Assembly (NCBI GenBank): GCA_963675245.1
Contig: OY775910.1
Coordinates: forward strand, 1,376,001-1,440,000
Source of the DNA: Acholeplasmataceae bacterium
GTDB lineage: Bacteria; Bacillota_I; Bacilli_A; Acholeplasmatales; Acholeplasmataceae
Reading direction: 5' to 3'
DNA length: 64,000 bases
The notes beneath the pieces are model-generated. The model did not search any database. It saw only the letters and a program-made list of their open reading frames with translations, and had not been told where the DNA came from. Positions 49,674-60,604 of the stretch are shown here, in pieces. Each line of letters starts with the position of its first letter. Position 1 is the first letter of the stretch. Both the position numbers and the translations under genes were made by a program.

Positions 49674-52097
49674 ATGATTCAATTAAAAGCACTCCATAAG
49701 TATTTTAACAGAAGAAAACGTAATGAAATTCACGTCTTAAACGACATTACATTAGACTTGCCAGAAAAAGGACTTGTTGTCTTATTAGGGCCATCTGGTT
49801 CAGGTAAAACAACGCTTTTAAACGTACTTGGTGGTTTAGACAGTGTCCAAGAAGGTACGATTATCTTTGGTGATAAAACGTTAAAAGGCTATCATGCACA
49901 AGCATGGGATAAAATCAGAAACGAACATGTCGGATATATATTCCAAAACTATAATTTATTACCTGATATGAGTGTCTTTGAAAATATTGCTTTTGTCTTA
50001 AAAATGATGGGTATTAATGACCAAGAGATTATTAAAGAACGCGTAGAATATATTTTAAAAGCAGTTAATATGTTCCCGTTTAGAAAGAAAAAAGCAACAC
50101 AATTATCTGGTGGACAACAACAGCGTGTCGCAATCGCAAGAGCAATTGTTAAAAATCCTAATGTGGTCATTGCTGATGAACCAACAGGTAATTTAGATTC
50201 TAAAAATACACTAGATATCATGAATATCATTAAGCAAATTTCTGAACAAACACTTGTTGTATTAGTGACACATGAAAAGAATATTGCTGAATTATATGCG
50301 GATCGTATCATCGAAATTAAAGATGGTGAGATTATCAGCGATGTTGAAAATAGCTCTGATGGTCATCATGACTTTGGACCTGATGAGACCATCTATTTAA
50401 AAGACTTAAACAAAGTTGATGGCCAAATTGATGACTATTTAAATGTCAATTATTATTCAGATCAAAAACAATCTACACCGATCGAAGTTAGACTTATTGT
50501 TAAGAATAAAACATTGTATTTAGATGTTGACTCTAAGTTTAATAAAGTTAAACTCGTAGACAAAGGATCAGGAATTAAAATCGAAGATGCTCATTATGTT
50601 AAAAAAACAAGAGCAGAACTGATGGAAACAACGTTTAATCGTGATGAAATTGATAATACTAATGTGCCAAGACAAAGACATAGCATAGTCAGTATTAAAC
50701 AATCATTATGGTTAGCGGTTAAGAAAATATTACAAGCAACTAGACGTGGCAAGTTAATGTTATTTGCTTTTGCAGTTGCAGGAATGGTGATTGCATTATC
50801 CATTTCCATGTTTGCCACAGCCGTTATTATTGATCCTGAGCCGAGTATGGTATTAGATCGAGGTTATGTTCGTGTGAACAGTTCCGTTTATTTTGATACT
50901 GCTGATATCAATTATTTAGAAGGTTTAACAGATACAGATGACTCATACTTTATCAATCCTTATGGATCAATTTCAGCCTATTTCTTAACACCACAGGGCA
51001 CTAATGGTTCATTAACTATTTCAGGAAATATCAATTTATTTAAAGTATTGAATGATAGACAATTAGATAAAGGGTCTATACCTGAAGAAGGTAGTTTAGG
51101 TATCGTTGTTACTAGAGCATTAGCAGATAATTTAATTGCTTCATACCAAGGACAAGATTTTGGGATTTGGAATGATGATGCATTGTTAAATGAATCAGTG
51201 AACATTGCTGGTTTAACAGTACCAATCACGGGAATTGCAAAATCTGGCATTGAAATGATTTATATGAGTGATGAATTAGCAGCAACATACTTATTATCGC
51301 TTAGTAACCAATATGCGGTTATAACAAATGAATTTTTAGATGAGTATAGTTCTGCAGATTTAGCATACGGTGATTTGCCAACCTCTAGTGTTGGACAAGT
51401 CATTTCAACCACGTTGTTTACATCGTTATTACCGCTTACTAATCCTGCTACTGCATCTTTTCCAATTACGACAGATGGATATGTGATCACTGGTCTAATT
51501 GAAAGTGATGACATGATCATTTACATGTATAAAGATGCATTTATTCGCTCTTATTTAGAAAGCAGTAGAACGTTATTCATTCATTCTAATGATGCACCTG
51601 AACTCATTGAAAAATTAAAATCAGATGGTGAACTTACTGGTACATTTACGGATATCTATCAAACCGCATTTGATTCGTTGAGACAACAACAACAATTAAT
51701 TCTTGCCTCATCAATTACAACATTTGCTATTCTCATTGGTGCATCACTGATCGGATTTTATTTCGTTATAAGATCATCATTGATTTCGAGAATATATGAA
51801 GTCAGTGTCTATCGTGCATTAGGTGTACACAAACGAGATATATTCAGTAGTTTCCTTGTTGAAATATCAATCTTAACAACAGTATCAACATTATTAGGTT
51901 ATTTACTAGCAACCATGTTATTAAGCCGATTAACTCAAGGTTTACTTGGTGATTTAAACTTTATTTTGGTGACACCACTTACGATTGGTGCAGGGTTAAT
52001 ATTAGTGTATGGGTTAAATATTTTAGCGGGGATCGCACCAGTTTATTTCCTCTTAAGAAAAACACCTGCACAAATCTTATCACAATACGATATTTAA
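49674..52097 (+). CDS. second ABC transporter ATP-binding/permease fusion (MacB/FtsX-like)
   Basis: [30 protein letters not shown]; start set to ATG 49674. Confidence 0.88.
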   Translation: MIQLKALHKYFNRRKRNEIHVLNDITLDLPEKGLVVLLGPSGSGKTTLLNVLGGLDSVQEGTIIFGDKTLKGYHAQAWDKIRNEHVGYIFQNYNLLPDMSVFENIAFVLKMMGINDQEIIKERVEYILKAVNMFPFRKKKATQLSGGQQQRVAIARAIVKNPNVVIADEPTGNLDSKNTLDIMNIIKQISEQTLVVLVTHEKNIAELYADRIIEIKDGEIISDVENSSDGHHDFGPDETIYLKDLNKVDGQIDDYLNVNYYSDQKQSTPIEVRLIVKNKTLYLDVDSKFNKVKLVDKGSGIKIEDAHYVKKTRAELMETTFNRDEIDNTNVPRQRHSIVSIKQSLWLAVKKILQATRRGKLMLFAFAVAGMVIALSISMFATAVIIDPEPSMVLDRGYVRVNSSVYFDTADINYLEGLTDTDDSYFINPYGSISAYFLTPQGTNGSLTISGNINLFKVLNDRQLDKGSIPEEGSLGIVVTRALADNLIASYQGQDFGIWNDDALLNESVNIAGLTVPITGIAKSGIEMIYMSDELAATYLLSLSNQYAVITNEFLDEYSSADLAYGDLPTSSVGQVISTTLFTSLLPLTNPATASFPITTDGYVITGLIESDDMIIYMYKDAFIRSYLESSRTLFIHSNDAPELIEKLKSDGELTGTFTDIYQTAFDSLRQQQQLILASSITTFAILIGASLIGFYFVIRSSLISRIYEVSVYRALGVHKRDIFSSFLVEISILTTVSTLLGYLLATMLLSRLTQGLLGDLNFILVTPLTIGAGLILVYGLNILAGIAPVYFLLRKTPAQILSQYDI

Positions 52098-52098
52098 C

Positions 52099-52124
52099 AA
52101 AAAAAGGCTCTATGGAGCCTTTTT
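52099..52124. terminator. bidirectional terminator
   Basis: AAAAAGGCTC-TATG-GAGCCTTTTT. Confidence 0.85.
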
Positions 52125-52128
52125 CTTT

Positions 52129-52737
52129 TTATAACCAAGTCGTTACTGTATCAGCATCAAGTCTTACTGAAGGATAACCGTCTTCAGCTTTTTTACCGAT
52201 TGATATGATCAATATCGGACGATATCTTTTAGGATCCAACCCTAAACTCTCAGCTAATAGTTCATGTTTAAAACCACCAATAGGGCATGTGTCATAACCG
52301 TATGATCTAGCTACATGCATGAGTTGCATCGCGATCAAACCACCATCTAGCAAACCTGTTTTTTCTAAAGCCGATGGGGTTAGATCATCTGCAAAATTGG
52401 CTATGTTTCTTAGTTGCCTATCTCTGACATCTTCAGGCATTAATCCATGTTCAACTGCTTTATTATAAATCGTTTCTGCATATTCAAATTTCTCTAAGTC
52501 AGTAAACAAACAAATCATCGCTGCTGAAGTTTCTAATTGTGCTTTATTACCATGTAGAACATGTCTTAATTTTTCTTTGGCTTCATGTGATACGACAATA
52601 AAGAAACGTGTTGGTTGCATATTCATAGAAGATGGTGCACGCAAAGTATCATTAATGATAGCGGTCATTTCTTCTTTTGTAATTTTGATGTTTTCATCAT
52701 AAACTCTTATTGATCTTCTTGATATTAATTGATTCAT
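52129..52737 (-). CDS. nitroreductase family protein
   Basis: RRSIR, APSSMNMQP, GYDTCPIGGF; start set to ATG 52737 after AAAGGAGG. Confidence 0.9.
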   Translation of the reverse strand: MNQLISRRSIRVYDENIKITKEEMTAIINDTLRAPSSMNMQPTRFFIVVSHEAKEKLRHVLHGNKAQLETSAAMICLFTDLEKFEYAETIYNKAVEHGLMPEDVRDRQLRNIANFADDLTPSALEKTGLLDGGLIAMQLMHVARSYGYDTCPIGGFKHELLAESLGLDPKRYRPILIISIGKKAEDGYPSVRLDADTVTTWL

Positions 52738-52834
52738 CTTTCTTCCTCCTTTAATCCACAAGAATTATATCACTTTGTGGTAATTAAGAGGAAATAATGT
52801 ACTTATGAATATGCTATAATGTAGGCAAGGTGAA

Positions 52835-53380
52835 ATGATGAGCACAACATTTATATTAGTAAGACATGGCGAACCAAGATATGATGAACTCATGGTTGAT
52901 AATCAATATGGGATCGCTTGGGATTTTGGAAGATTAACTGATGCTGGGATTGAACAAGCTTTAGAAAGAGCTAAAGATCCTCGTTTTTCAGATGCTGATT
53001 TGATTCTTTCATCTCCTTATACGAGATCTCTTGAAACTGCAGCAATCATCGCGTCTAAAACAGGATTAAGCGTTCGCGTGGAAACGAATCTACATGAATG
53101 GTCTCCTGATTTAACATTCAATTATCGATTTGGTCGTGAAAAAGAAGATGAAATCAAAGCCGTCATGGATGAATATTTTACTCATAAAGGGGAAAGACCA
53201 GTAGATTCTAAGCTTCAATGGGAATCTATTTCTAATGTTAGAAAACGTGTGATGGACGTTTTAAATAATTATTTATCCTATCAAAAAGTGATTGTTGTTT
53301 GTCATGGAATCGTGATGAATTCAGTCACCGAATTTAATGATAAAGTACCATTTTGTGGTGTTAGGGAAATTCAGATATAA
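52835..53380 (+). CDS. histidine phosphatase family protein
   Basis: LVRHGE, SSPYTRSLETA, VVCHG. Confidence 0.88.
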   Translation: MMSTTFILVRHGEPRYDELMVDNQYGIAWDFGRLTDAGIEQALERAKDPRFSDADLILSSPYTRSLETAAIIASKTGLSVRVETNLHEWSPDLTFNYRFGREKEDEIKAVMDEYFTHKGERPVDSKLQWESISNVRKRVMDVLNNYLSYQKVIVVCHGIVMNSVTEFNDKVPFCGVREIQI

Positions 53381-54390
53381 TGCAAACAAAAAAACTAGAA
53401 CAATGGTATTTAAAAAATCATACGGCTTTCCCATTTAGACTAACGAAAGATCCATATCATATATGGGTTTCTGAAATTATGCTTCAACAAACACAACTAG
53501 AAACGGTAATTCCATATTACGAACGATTCATCAAATTATATCCTGATGTTTATCAACTTGCAAATGCAACAGATGATGCATTAAAGAAAGCTGTCGAAGG
53601 GATAGGTTATTATCGTAGATTTGCTTTAATGAAAAAAGCTGCGAACATGATTGTTAAGACATTTGATGGTGTTTTTCCAAAAACGTATGAAGAAGTTATC
53701 AGTTTACCTGGTATTGGTTTATATACAGCAGGTGCGATTATGTCTATTGCTTATAATAAACCTTATGGTGCAGTAGATGGTAATGTAATTCGTATTTTAT
53801 CTAGGCAATTAAACATTCAAGCTGATATGCGTATAGAGAAGAATAAAGATCTGATTAGAAATATCAATCAAGCATTAATTGAACATACACATCCAAAAAT
53901 CTATACACAAAGTTTGATGGATTTAGGTAGAATGATATGTACACCAAAACAACCAAAATGTGAATCATGTCCAATTGCAGAAACGTGTCAAGCTTATGCG
54001 TTAAGCATTCAAAATGAACTTCCGTTTATGTCCAAAAAGAGTGCTGTAAAAGACATTCATTATGTTGTCCTAGTGATTCATACAAAAGATGGTCTCATTC
54101 TAAGGAAACGAACAGAATCGTTATTAGAAGGTATGTATGAATATCCTCAATTTGAGGGTGAGAGCATTCAATTTATTATTGATATGCTAGATGAAAAACA
54201 AATTATGATTGATGTTTTAAGTGATGAAATACTGAAAACTCATATATTTACACATCAAAAGTGGTTTATGCATATATATGAATGTCGTTTAATTGGTAAT
54301 CACATGGATGATTCATGGCAAGTTTTTGATGAATCAATCATTCAAACGTTACCGATGGCAACGGCACATAAAAAAGTAAGAGGAATATAA
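53380..54390 (+). CDS. mutY: A/G-specific adenine glycosylase
   Basis: WVSEIMLQQT, GIGYYRR, LPGIGLYTA, VDGNV, Fe-S motif C-x6-C-x2-C-x5-C. Confidence 0.93.
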   Translation: MQTKKLEQWYLKNHTAFPFRLTKDPYHIWVSEIMLQQTQLETVIPYYERFIKLYPDVYQLANATDDALKKAVEGIGYYRRFALMKKAANMIVKTFDGVFPKTYEEVISLPGIGLYTAGAIMSIAYNKPYGAVDGNVIRILSRQLNIQADMRIEKNKDLIRNINQALIEHTHPKIYTQSLMDLGRMICTPKQPKCESCPIAETCQAYALSIQNELPFMSKKSAVKDIHYVVLVIHTKDGLILRKRTESLLEGMYEYPQFEGESIQFIIDMLDEKQIMIDVLSDEILKTHIFTHQKWFMHIYECRLIGNHMDDSWQVFDESIIQTLPMATAHKKVRGI

Positions 54391-54392
54391 CT

Positions 54393-55412
54393 ATGACAAA
54401 TATCGAAATTACAAATGTTGAAACGAGTGTTGGTAAAGTTAAATTAATAACACTTAAAACGAAAAAATTAGAAGTTGTCTTATCATCTTATGGGGCTGGT
54501 ATTTTTAAATTAATATACGATGGTAAAAGTATCGCAACCACACCAGAAAAGTTAGAAGATTATTTAACATCAAAAGCGTATTATGGCAAAACGATTGGAA
54601 GACATAGTGGTCGACTTTTTGGACCTAACTACGATATTGATGGAGATGTTTTTGATGTTCAAGCAGATGAAAATGAAATAAGTCAGCTTCATGGCGGTAA
54701 AACTAGTTTGGCTTTTCAACATTTCACATTAACTGGTTATGAGAGAATGGGGGATGCAACGAGCGTAACATTTCAATGTATCACAACCAATGATGGGTTT
54801 CCAGGTAAACTAAAATTAGATGTCACTTATGAAGTCACTAAAGATGATGCCCTTATGATCAGTTACCACGGTTCTTCAACCGCACCAACGATTTGTAATA
54901 TTACAAACCACATATATTTAAATGTTGGACATCCAGAGAGTATACTAGATCAATCATTATATTTGGATAGTGATTATTATCTTGATATAGAAACTTCCTA
55001 TCGTCTTAAAAGTATTAAACAAACAGTTAATACACCATATGATTTTAGATTACCTAAACGATTAGCATCTAGTATCTATCTTGTTAAACAACCTGATATT
55101 GCTGGTTATGATAATTGCTTCTTATTAAATAAACATGATGATCAAGAAGCCATATTTAGATTAGCAAATGAAATATCTAATTTAACAGTTGATGTATTCA
55201 CTGATTATCCTAGTGTCGTGGTGTATACGCATAATCATCCTGCACTTGTCAAACTAGAAAATGTTTCAACAAATGGTGTCCATTCAAGCGTGACAGCTGA
55301 ATGTCAATATCCACCAGATGGCATTCATAACGAACATTTAGATAGTGGCATATTAAGACCTAGAGAAGTATTTAAAAAATTCATTAAAATTAAACCTTAT
55401 TATAAAAAATAA
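54393..55412 (+). CDS. galM: aldose 1-epimerase
   Basis: GKTIGR, LHGG, GFPG, NITNHIYLN, GYDNCF. Confidence 0.85.
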   Translation: MTNIEITNVETSVGKVKLITLKTKKLEVVLSSYGAGIFKLIYDGKSIATTPEKLEDYLTSKAYYGKTIGRHSGRLFGPNYDIDGDVFDVQADENEISQLHGGKTSLAFQHFTLTGYERMGDATSVTFQCITTNDGFPGKLKLDVTYEVTKDDALMISYHGSSTAPTICNITNHIYLNVGHPESILDQSLYLDSDYYLDIETSYRLKSIKQTVNTPYDFRLPKRLASSIYLVKQPDIAGYDNCFLLNKHDDQEAIFRLANEISNLTVDVFTDYPSVVVYTHNHPALVKLENVSTNGVHSSVTAECQYPPDGIHNEHLDSGILRPREVFKKFIKIKPYYKK

Positions 55413-55419
55413 TGGAGAC

Positions 55420-55899
55420 TTAAATCTCCATTATTTCTTTAAAGTAAGTATTTTGATTTAATAATCGATAGATAGGATATCCGACGATATATAAGACTGC
55501 AGCTTCACCAAGACCGACTTGTAAAGCAGATAACCAGTATGGTAAGTCTAAGAAGTAATAGAGCATGGCTGCTATCACAAAGGCATTAATAATGACAGGG
55601 AATATAAGTGCAATCAATGGTTTCTTTCTTGTTAGTATCATTGGGATTAGCGCAATGATGGTTGCAAGTGTGCCAAATAATACATCAACAATCGATATTG
55701 TTGAAAATAGATTAGCCACCAAAGTACCAATGACTATACCTATCGCATGTCTGGGATTGAAAAAGACTAGAATAAGTAAAACTTCTGCAATTCTAAATTG
55801 CCAATTACCAAAACTCATAAACTGAAATGCATACACTAAGACGACATAAATCGTTGCAATCATCGCTTCAAAGATGATCAATTTTAAATCTTTATTCAT
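55420..55899 (-). CDS. queT: QueT family queuosine-precursor transporter
   Basis: QFRIAEVL, ANLFS, DVLFG, GLGE; divergent from tgt; preQ1-like leader. Confidence 0.85.
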   Translation of the reverse strand: MNKDLKLIIFEAMIATIYVVLVYAFQFMSFGNWQFRIAEVLLILVFFNPRHAIGIVIGTLVANLFSTISIVDVLFGTLATIIALIPMILTRKKPLIALIFPVIINAFVIAAMLYYFLDLPYWLSALQVGLGEAAVLYIVGYPIYRLLNQNTYFKEIMEI

Positions 55900-55906
55900 A
55901 AAAAAG

Positions 55907-55945
55907 CTCCTTGTTTTTTTAAGCTGGTTTCCTAGGATACAGCTT
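55907..55945 (-). ncRNA. preQ1-I riboswitch (translational type)
   Basis: Minus strand AGCTG-TATCCTAGGAAAC-CAGCT stem-loop followed by TAAAAAAACAAGGAG A-rich tail that runs into the queT RBS. Confidence 0.7.
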
Positions 55946-56000
55946 TTTGTTTTTACCGGTCTATTCTACCAAAAACGTGCTATAATTACAATACAAAGGA

Positions 56001-57125
56001 ATGATAGAATTGAGTATTAAATTTGAAGTGTTACATACATGTAAACAAACAGGTGCAAGACTTGGTCGATTAACGACACCACATGGTGTATTTGAAACAC
56101 CTATTTTTATGCCAGTGGGGACACAAGCAACCGTTAAAACATTAGAGCCGAGTGAAATAAAAGAAGTGTCAGAAGGTCTCATTTTAGGAAACACCTATCA
56201 TCTTTGGTTACAACCAGGTGAAGAGATTGTTAAAGATCATGGTGGGATAAGAGGGTTCATGGATTGGGATGGTGCATTATTAACCGATAGTGGTGGTTTC
56301 CAAGTATTTTCTCTTACTGATATGAGAAAAATTACAGAAGAAGGTGTCTATTTCAAGCATCATAAAAATGGCTCTTCATTATTTTTATCACCAGAAATCG
56401 CGATTCGTATTCAAGAGAGTCTTGGTGCGGATATCATCATGAGTTTTGATGAATGTCCACCTCCTTATGCAGAATTTGATTATATGAAGGACAGCGTAGA
56501 GCGTACATTGCGTTGGGCTAAAAGAGGAAAAGAAGCACTTTCTACTGATCAAGCACTTTTTGGTATTGTACAAGGTGGATTAAATAAAGATTTAAGAAAA
56601 TATAGTGCTGAAGAACTCATCAAAATGGATTTTTCAGGGTACTCTATTGGTGGACTATCCGTTGGTGAAAAAAAACATGAAATGTATGAGATTACCAACT
56701 ATTTAAATAATATATTACCATCCGATAAACCACGCTACTTAATGGGTGTTGGTGCACCAGATGATTTGATAGAAAATGTCATGAATGGGATTGATATGTT
56801 TGATTGTGTTTTACCGACAAGAGTCGCTAGACATGGTACGGCTTTAACCACTGAGGGTAAAGTAGTGATTAAAAATCAAACGTATGAAAAAGATTATCGT
56901 CCACTAGATTTAAATCTAGAAACGAAGGTTTCGAGATATTCAAGAAGTTACATTCGTCATTTATTTAAAGCGAATGAAATGTTAGGTATGCGCTTAGTGA
57001 CCTATCAAAACCTAGCTTATCTCAAACATTTGATGGCTGAAATAAGACAAGCTATTAAAGAAGATCGCTTAGGTGATTACTATCAAGAAATGAAGAAAAA
57101 GACGAATTATTTTAAATCACGATAA
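56001..57125 (+). CDS. tgt: tRNA-guanine transglycosylase
   Basis: [32 protein letters not shown]. Confidence 0.95.
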   Translation: MIELSIKFEVLHTCKQTGARLGRLTTPHGVFETPIFMPVGTQATVKTLEPSEIKEVSEGLILGNTYHLWLQPGEEIVKDHGGIRGFMDWDGALLTDSGGFQVFSLTDMRKITEEGVYFKHHKNGSSLFLSPEIAIRIQESLGADIIMSFDECPPPYAEFDYMKDSVERTLRWAKRGKEALSTDQALFGIVQGGLNKDLRKYSAEELIKMDFSGYSIGGLSVGEKKHEMYEITNYLNNILPSDKPRYLMGVGAPDDLIENVMNGIDMFDCVLPTRVARHGTALTTEGKVVIKNQTYEKDYRPLDLNLETKVSRYSRSYIRHLFKANEMLGMRLVTYQNLAYLKHLMAEIRQAIKEDRLGDYYQEMKKKTNYFKSR

Positions 57126-57186
57126 ATGTCTTTATTTTAATGTATATTTCGTGTAAAATAGAGTTAGTTAACCGAGGAGGGATTAT

Positions 57187-58329
57187 ATGGTATTCGGCGA
57201 ATCTGATAACTTTAATCAAAAACCAATCATCAAAGTCATCGGTGTTGGCGGCGGTGGCGGTAATGCCATCAATAGAATGATCGAAAACGACGTAAAAGGC
57301 GTTTCTTTTGTCGCGATAAATACAGATGCTCAAGTACTTAAAGTTTCAAAGGCTGATACAAGAGTCCAAATTGGTAAATATTTAACACGTGGATTAGGTG
57401 CTGGAGCAAAAGCTGAAGTAGGTAAAGAAGCTGCTTTAGAATCTATTACCGAGATTGAAGAAGTACTATCAGATGCAGATATGGTCTTCATTACAGCTGG
57501 CATGGGTGGCGGTACGGGTACAGGTGCAGCACCAATCATTGCGCAAAAAGCAAAAGAACTTGGTTGTTTAACGATTGGAATTGTGACTAAACCATTCGCG
57601 TTTGAAGGACCTGCTAGAATGCAAGCAGCCGTTTATGGTTTAGAAGAACTTAAACCACACGTTGATACCTTAATCGTTATTCCAAATGAACGTTTATTAG
57701 CAATCTCTGGACCAACAACACAATTATTAGATGCCTTTAGAGAATCTGATAATGTCTTACGTCAAGGTGTTCAGGGTATTGCTGAAATTATTGCTATTCC
57801 TGGGTTGATCAATGTTGACTTTGCGGATGTAAAAACCGTGATGGAAAACAAGGGTACTGCATTAATGGGTATCGGTATTGCATCAGGTGAAGATAGAGAG
57901 ATTGAAGCGGCTAGAAAAGCAATTCACTCTAAATTATTGGAAGTATCAATTGATGGTGCGACAGATGCAATTGTTAATATCACATCGGGAACAAATATTA
58001 CACTTTTTGAAACAGAACGTGCATTAAATGAAATTAGAAATGCAACAGATCACAGTTTAAATATTATTTACGGTACAACCGTTAATGCAGATTTAGAAGA
58101 TGAAATGATTGTGACGGTTATCGCAACAGGATATGAACTAAAAGCAAAAGGTTCAACAGTTGAAAATCTCGCGTCTGAAATCTTTAATAAGACATCTGAT
58201 GAGCAAATGACATTAACAAAACAAGGTCTTAAACAATCTGAAGATGATGTTTTAGAAGACGGTATTGTTGATGAACAACCAAAAAAACGCAATGTACCTA
58301 CGTGGTTATTAAAGAAAAACAAATTTTAA
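57187..58329 (+). CDS. ftsZ: cell division protein FtsZ
   Basis: [16 protein letters not shown] tubulin signature, NVDFAD. Confidence 0.97.
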   Translation: MVFGESDNFNQKPIIKVIGVGGGGGNAINRMIENDVKGVSFVAINTDAQVLKVSKADTRVQIGKYLTRGLGAGAKAEVGKEAALESITEIEEVLSDADMVFITAGMGGGTGTGAAPIIAQKAKELGCLTIGIVTKPFAFEGPARMQAAVYGLEELKPHVDTLIVIPNERLLAISGPTTQLLDAFRESDNVLRQGVQGIAEIIAIPGLINVDFADVKTVMENKGTALMGIGIASGEDREIEAARKAIHSKLLEVSIDGATDAIVNITSGTNITLFETERALNEIRNATDHSLNIIYGTTVNADLEDEMIVTVIATGYELKAKGSTVENLASEIFNKTSDEQMTLTKQGLKQSEDDVLEDGIVDEQPKKRNVPTWLLKKNKF

Positions 58330-58356
58330 AAGGCGTAAGCCTTTTTTATTGAAAGG

Positions 58357-59463
58357 ATGAATGCCATGTTGAAAGCAGGCATTGTTGGTTTACCAAATGT
58401 TGGTAAATCCACATTATTTAATGCCATCACCAAAGCAGAAGCTTTAGCTGCAAACTATCCGTTTGCGACAATTGAACCTAATGTTGGTGTGGTGTATGTT
58501 CAAGATGAAAGACTTGATGTATTAGAAAAGATTTATAAACCAAAAAAAGTAGTACCTACCGCATATCAATTTATTGATATTGCAGGTCTTGTTAAAGGTG
58601 CTTCAAAAGGTGAAGGTTTAGGGAATCAATTTTTATCACATATTAGAGAAGTAGATGCAATTTGTCAGGTGATTCGTTGTTTTGTTGATGAAAATATTAC
58701 ACATGTGGATGGTAGTATTGATCCTATTCGTGATATCGAAACGATTCAACTTGAACTTAATTTAGCAGATATGGATTCAATTGATAAGAGACTTGCCAAA
58801 CTTCAAAAAAAAGTAAAAGCCAAAGCACCTGACTCTAAAGAAGAATATGATGTATTAAAACGTATTAAAGAAGCTTTGGATCAAGATGGGAATCCTAGAT
58901 TATTATCATTTACAAAAGATGAAGAAAAACTTGTTAAGAGTTTTAATTTGTTGTCATTAAAACCAATGATCTATATTGCAAATATAGCTGAAGATGATTT
59001 AATAGATCACACACAAAATACGTTTTATAAGCAATTAGTAGATTATGCTGAATCGACTGAAACGAAGCTTGTCTTCATTTCTGCGCAAGTTGAAATGGAA
59101 ATTGCAGCATTAAATCCTGAAGAACAAGTCTCGTTCTTAGATGCATATGGGATGACAAAATCAGGTTTGAATGAAGTCATTGAACAAAGTTATGATCTTC
59201 TTGGCTTGCAAACGTATTTCACAGCAGGAGAACCTGAAGCAAGAGCTTGGACATTTAAAAAAGGTATGAAAGCACCTGAATGTGCAGGTATCATTCATAG
59301 TGATTTTGAAAGAGGCTTTATTAAAGCAGAAACACTATCTTATGACGATTTGATTAAATACGGATCACCTCAAGCTGCTAAAGAGGCTGGTCGTGTACGT
59401 CTTGAAGGTAAAGATTATGTCGTCCAAGATGGCGATATTATGCTATTTAGGTTTAACGTATGA
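58357..59463 (+). CDS. ychF: redox-regulated Obg-like ATPase YchF
   Basis: GLPNVGKST, ANYPFATIEPN, DIAGLVKGAS, TGS domain. Confidence 0.95.
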   Translation: MNAMLKAGIVGLPNVGKSTLFNAITKAEALAANYPFATIEPNVGVVYVQDERLDVLEKIYKPKKVVPTAYQFIDIAGLVKGASKGEGLGNQFLSHIREVDAICQVIRCFVDENITHVDGSIDPIRDIETIQLELNLADMDSIDKRLAKLQKKVKAKAPDSKEEYDVLKRIKEALDQDGNPRLLSFTKDEEKLVKSFNLLSLKPMIYIANIAEDDLIDHTQNTFYKQLVDYAESTETKLVFISAQVEMEIAALNPEEQVSFLDAYGMTKSGLNEVIEQSYDLLGLQTYFTAGEPEARAWTFKKGMKAPECAGIIHSDFERGFIKAETLSYDDLIKYGSPQAAKEAGRVRLEGKDYVVQDGDIMLFRFNV

Positions 59464-60050
59464 TGTTTCCAAACTATCACGAAACAATTATTTGTGCATC
59501 TAAATATTTTAGTGCTGAAGAGATTAAGCATTTTTATAAGTTAGGTTATCGTGATTTTGGTGAGAACAGAGTGAATGATTTTCTAGCTAAAAAATCTTTA
59601 TTAAGAGATCTAGATGTCTCATGGCATTTTATAGGTCACTTACAGACAAATAAAGTGAAAAAAGTAATTAATGAAATTGATTATTTGCATACATTAGATT
59701 CACTTCATTTAGCGGAAGCAATTCAAACGTTAAGAAACACACCATTATCCTGCTTTATTCAATTGAATTTAACGGAAGAGCCGCAAAAAAGTGGTGTTTT
59801 ACTATCAAATTTAGGTCATTTCATGAATGAAATGAAAAAATATGATAAAATAAAGCCAGTCGGTTTTATGACTATGGGTAAGCTAGATGATACCGTTGAG
59901 ACAGAACGTGTATTCATACTTTTAGATGAATTAGCGAATCAATATCACTTACCTTTTAAATCAATGGGTATGTCCGACGATTATGAACTAGCCATTAAGC
60001 ATCATACAACACATCTTAGAATTGGTAGAAAATTTAAAGAATTACTCTAA
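59460..60050 (+). CDS. yggS: PLP homeostasis protein YggS/YlmE
   Basis: ASKY, FGENR, WHFIGHLQTNK, SMGMSDDY. Confidence 0.92.
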   Translation: MMFPNYHETIICASKYFSAEEIKHFYKLGYRDFGENRVNDFLAKKSLLRDLDVSWHFIGHLQTNKVKKVINEIDYLHTLDSLHLAEAIQTLRNTPLSCFIQLNLTEEPQKSGVLLSNLGHFMNEMKKYDKIKPVGFMTMGKLDDTVETERVFILLDELANQYHLPFKSMGMSDDYELAIKHHTTHLRIGRKFKELL

Positions 60051-60061
60051 GAGGAGGCATT

Positions 60062-60394
60062 ATGGGACTTTTTAGCAAAAAGAAAAAATCTGATCAAACT
60101 ACTGAACCAGACATGACGACCTATGATCGCCTAATCTTCGAGAAATTAGAATCGGATGATGATCATTATTTGATTGGTTTAGTTGAAAAAATGATGAAAG
60201 GTTCACCACTCATTTTAAACTTTGACTTATTAAACATCGATCAAGCAAATAAAGTAATTGCCTTTTTATCTGGTGTCGTATATGCGATTAAAGGTGAGAT
60301 AGTGCATATCCAAGAAAAAGTATTTCTTTTTGCCAATCAAGACGTTTATAAAGATGGTACGATTGAGGAGTTTTTAAAAGAAATTGTCGAATAA
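60062..60394 (+). CDS. sepF: cell division protein SepF
   Basis: MGLF start; ILNF...AFLSGVVYAIKG...VFLF; position between yggS and ileS. Confidence 0.85.
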   Translation: MGLFSKKKKSDQTTEPDMTTYDRLIFEKLESDDDHYLIGLVEKMMKGSPLILNFDLLNIDQANKVIAFLSGVVYAIKGEIVHIQEKVFLFANQDVYKDGTIEEFLKEIVE

Positions 60395-60404
60395 ATGAAT
60401 ATTG

Positions 60405-60594
60405 TGATGAAGAGAACACATAGATGTGTAAAAGTTTAAAGCGAGTTGGAGATGGTGTAAGTCCAGCAACATAATAAACAAGCTATATCACCTCGGAGCA
60501 AATGATATAATGAGGGCTAAGCAACGCTTAGAACTAAGGTGGTACCGCGGATACATATTCGTCCTTAGCATTGACTAAGGACTTTTTATTTTTT
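60405..60594 (+). promoter_or_regulatory. Ile T-box leader with terminator
   Basis: AAGGTGGTACCGCG T-box (60536-60549); candidate ATC specifier 60487-60489; GTCCTTAG / CTAAGGAC + T-tract. Confidence 0.9.
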
Positions 60595-60604
60595 AGGAGG
60601 AATT

